NCBI GenBank assembly: GCA_964631745.1
Contig: CAZVWV010000003.1
Coordinates: 1 to 57,434, forward strand
DNA from: an uncultured Bdellovibrionales bacterium
GTDB lineage: Bacteria > Bdellovibrionota_C > UBA2361 > JBGSMV01
Length of the DNA stretch: 57,434 nucleotides
Direction of reading: 5' to 3'
Position numbers and translations under genes: made by a program. Every line of letters begins with the position of its first letter. Position 1 is the stretch's first letter. The notes below the pieces were generated by a model. It ran no database searches, had not been told where the DNA came from, and saw only the letters and a list, made by a program, of their open reading frames with translations. This document shows, in pieces, positions 54,686 to 57,434 of this stretch.

Positions 54686-57434
54686 ATGACTGAGTTGCAA
54701 TCAAATCCCGTCCCCGACACCACTAAAATCAACGGGGCGTCGGCCACAACTTCGCAGGGCCCCCATCCTGTTGGTATTGCCCGCGATGTAGCCAATGCTG
54801 CGAGCTTGGTGCCGACCTATTCTGAGGCAATGGCTGTAGCCTCACGCCGTTTCTATCACGGGGAACTTTCAAAATACGGCAGAGTTGCTACTAATCACCC
54901 GGTAGTCAGGCATTTGCAGGATATACTTGAAAGGATTCACAAGAATGCTGGTGAATTTGCCATCCCTGGGGCTTGTCCAAGCTTAACCCTCTTTATGCGT
55001 GGTGAAGAAGCTAATGCGTTCGCTCTACCGGACGGACGAATCTGCATTTGGCCCAAATTACTCTCGATATTACGCACAACGGACGAATGGGCTGCGCTGA
55101 TCGCGCATGAATACGTTCACATTCAACGTGAGCATTCACGCAAATTGGAGGGCGCGAAAAATCTAAAGTTTGTCGGCCTCGGCCGCATCGCTGAAAAAGA
55201 GGGCGACATCATTGCCATGAATGGCTTATTGGGTAATGCCGGATTCTCGCCGGGCGCTATTATTAGTCTCTTGGAAAGTATTGAAAATAACCTAGGTGAT
55301 GGGTGGGATTTGGAACATGGTTCAACCTCAGATAGGCGCCTAGACGCAGAATCAATATTTCCGCTTATTCATATAAGATTTAGCGAGAGACCTGAACAAC
55401 GGCTACCAAGCGAGATCGAATTAGCGTTAAAGGAAATTACTAATCACAAGGCGGAGCCACGCTCAACTGCACAAGACTCTAGCGACGAAGCCGCCATTAA
55501 GACGTTTCAGCGAACAAAATTGCGAGCAGATTTGTTTGCAAAGTCTCGCAAACCAGAAGATCTGGAACAAGCGCTGCATTACGCTGGCCAAGCCTTACAC
55601 CGACTTAAAAGAGATTTCGATGCTGTTTGTTCACAAGCCGACGCTTCCGCTCTGTCGAACGAAACCGTCACAACCTTTCGGCGGAAGACGATTCAGATTG
55701 TTTTCGATGTCCTAAGTCAGCTTGTTAAGGCACAGTCCCAGGAAGAAAAGATCCCTTTGAGCCCTAGGCAACAAGACTATTTAGCAGCGCTGTGGTTGTC
55801 GGCAGAGACTGAAGTGAACTTGTTTAAAAAACTCGATAAGTGGGATCGCTCTCTAATTGATGTTCTGGGACTTAAGAACTGCGAAGGTCAAGACTTGGCG
55901 GAAAGCCTTATTGAACAGTCCCTTACCGATCTGGATAATGATAACTCGGCCATCGTTACTCTTACCAATGTATATACGCCTGAGCTTGCAAGGCTTGCAA
56001 AGCCTGCCATGTTTTGCCTTCAGATTGACGAGCCGTTGCACGCTGTAACTTGGATTGCGCGCGGCACTGGCTGCTACGATGGAGAGGGAGAGGGAGCGGA
56101 GGAAGTAAAGGGTGGCTTAAGGGCCGCAAGATTCCTTGAAGATTATAAGCATTTGCAAAAGTGTTACCCGGCAGAAGGCACAGGCCAAGAAGATTCTGGC
56201 GCGAGTGGCGCAGGGGCGGATAATTCTGAATTTGTTAATATCGAAATCGCAGGGATTTTGTTCGATATTTTGGCAGAGCAGCACGCGGGCGCCACGGCTG
56301 AAATCTCTTTAGTCGACCTGGTTCCCGATCTTCACGCGCTCTGCAAGCTGGGAAGAACTGGGCTGAATCTTGCGATGATCGTGGCTACTCGGATGGAATT
56401 TACGCGAGACGATGAGAATAGGAAGGTTGTAACTTCCTTGGTCCTAGATGTTGGGGACCAGGGTGTATTCAAGTCAATTGCTGAACTTCCAGACATCGTA
56501 CGGTTACGATTTGGTTCTGAATTCTCTTGGAGAAATCTTGACTCGGTTGAGGGTACAAAGACTGTCGAGAACGAGCTCTCAGACCATCCCCTAAAGGTGA
56601 AAGAAAATGAAACCCAATATTGGTTATCTAATCCAGATAGGCTAAGACGGGCTTTGGAGGCGAGTGCCGGGACGCTTTCCAAATCTGATGAAGATGGTTT
56701 TGATTGGGATTGGTTAGTCTGGTCTGCCCGCTTGAAACTTGAAAAATTCCCAAATGACGTAGCTGCTCGAGTACAAACTCGTGAGCTTTTTAATGTGCTG
56801 AACGACTTTACTGAGTTGCATACCCTGGCTAGCCATTATCAGGATGTGATTGGATGGTTTGGATCATACCGCGAAGAAATTGAATTGCTCTACGCATTCG
56901 CTGAGCGCCGAACAGGGGGAAATTTTCGAGTGCTGCTTGAGCAAATAATTTCTTACGACGAGATGGTCGGGCTGGATGGCCCGGACAGCTTGAAATATTC
57001 TTGGGAGGAGCGATTCGCCTGGCGCGTTCATTGTCTGCTCTTTGATGAGCTGCGACGCATTAACGAAACTCCTGATGCCAACGAGAGGCTGGCAGCCTTG
57101 GTGACTTTTTGGCGGGAAACAACCATCTGCACCCCCGGGTACTTAAATAACTATATAGAACGTATGTACCAGATATATTTAGATACATATGCTGCAAGTT
57201 GGTCGAGAGGCGTAGGCGGCGACGCACGGGCGGAGGAGGCGGCTCGCACACGGGCAGCCGAAACGATTCTAGCGTCTCGTCGCCTACTAGAATCTCTCGC
57301 AGAGGACCTTGCTCCTATTGCAAAGAGCGCCGAAGAATTTTACGCTTTAAGTTTCCTCGTTCCGGACTTCGATACGGCCGCCCGAGTTCAGGAGCACGCC
57401 GGAAAGTTACTAGCGCAGAGCAATGACTATGCTC
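54686..57434 (+). CDS. Large protein with N-terminal M48-type Zn metalloprotease domain, truncated by the window end (absent from the ORF track)
   Basis: Hand translation open for 916 codons; ANAFALPDGRI, DEWAALIAHEYVH (HEXXH at 55106-55120), EKEGD, HGS..DR; SD GAAGGA; no signal peptide. Confidence 0.85.
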   Translation, partial: MTELQSNPVPDTTKINGASATTSQGPHPVGIARDVANAASLVPTYSEAMAVASRRFYHGELSKYGRVATNHPVVRHLQDILERIHKNAGEFAIPGACPSLTLFMRGEEANAFALPDGRICIWPKLLSILRTTDEWAALIAHEYVHIQREHSRKLEGAKNLKFVGLGRIAEKEGDIIAMNGLLGNAGFSPGAIISLLESIENNLGDGWDLEHGSTSDRRLDAESIFPLIHIRFSERPEQRLPSEIELALKEITNHKAEPRSTAQDSSDEAAIKTFQRTKLRADLFAKSRKPEDLEQALHYAGQALHRLKRDFDAVCSQADASALSNETVTTFRRKTIQIVFDVLSQLVKAQSQEEKIPLSPRQQDYLAALWLSAETEVNLFKKLDKWDRSLIDVLGLKNCEGQDLAESLIEQSLTDLDNDNSAIVTLTNVYTPELARLAKPAMFCLQIDEPLHAVTWIARGTGCYDGEGEGAEEVKGGLRAARFLEDYKHLQKCYPAEGTGQEDSGASGAGADNSEFVNIEIAGILFDILAEQHAGATAEISLVDLVPDLHALCKLGRTGLNLAMIVATRMEFTRDDENRKVVTSLVLDVGDQGVFKSIAELPDIVRLRFGSEFSWRNLDSVEGTKTVENELSDHPLKVKENETQYWLSNPDRLRRALEASAGTLSKSDEDGFDWDWLVWSARLKLEKFPNDVAARVQTRELFNVLNDFTELHTLASHYQDVIGWFGSYREEIELLYAFAERRTGGNFRVLLEQIISYDEMVGLDGPDSLKYSWEERFAWRVHCLLFDELRRINETPDANERLAALVTFWRETTICTPGYLNNYIERMYQIYLDTYAASWSRGVGGDARAEEAARTRAAETILASRRLLESLAEDLAPIAKSAEEFYALSFLVPDFDTAARVQEHAGKLLAQSNDYA

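Noticed and set aside
312-57426. Many 60-190 aa antisense or out-of-frame ORFs in the track
   Set aside because: They lie inside well-supported genes and show no recognisable motifs
1-57434. tRNA, rRNA, integrase or prophage
   Set aside because: No T-loop/cloverleaf signature, rRNA-like tract, recombinase or phage structural gene was noticed by eye; tRNAscan-SE was not run

Overview
A 57.4-kb bacterial chromosomal window. It is probably from a deltaproteobacteria/Bdellovibrionota-like lineage, inferred from the Myxococcus/Geobacter-type pil gene order and the CxxxY-type CcmE. Housekeeping and envelope blocks: ccmF-ccmI'-ccmABCD-engB, a separate ccmE-M23-rpoH block, tandem-domain ddl, pilB-pilC-regulator-pilA-ABC exporter, M42 peptidase and an MBOAT/SGNH pair. 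These are interleaved with accessory material: three TA loci (intact HipBA, decayed HigBA, RelE/MqsR-like toxin with a Zn-finger-HTH-Panacea antitoxin), four solitary AAA+/DUF4143 ATPase-nucleases, two identical copies of a 201-bp MITE with 11-13 bp target duplications, REP-like repeats, a 215-bp tandem duplication, a kinase relic, large orphans and a >916-aa M48 protease-domain ORF running off the end. Best candidates for undescribed systems: (1) a coupled flavin-enzyme + formyltransferase + atypical PurA operon (15616-19501), which fits the logic of a hadacidin-like formyl-hydroxamate antimetabolite cluster with a self-resistance target copy; (2) a PilS-sensor/PilR-activator fusion lacking kinase and receiver domains, directly upstream of a sigma54 pilA promoter. 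All family calls come from motif recognition by eye; no database search was run. No rRNA, tRNA or CRISPR array was seen.
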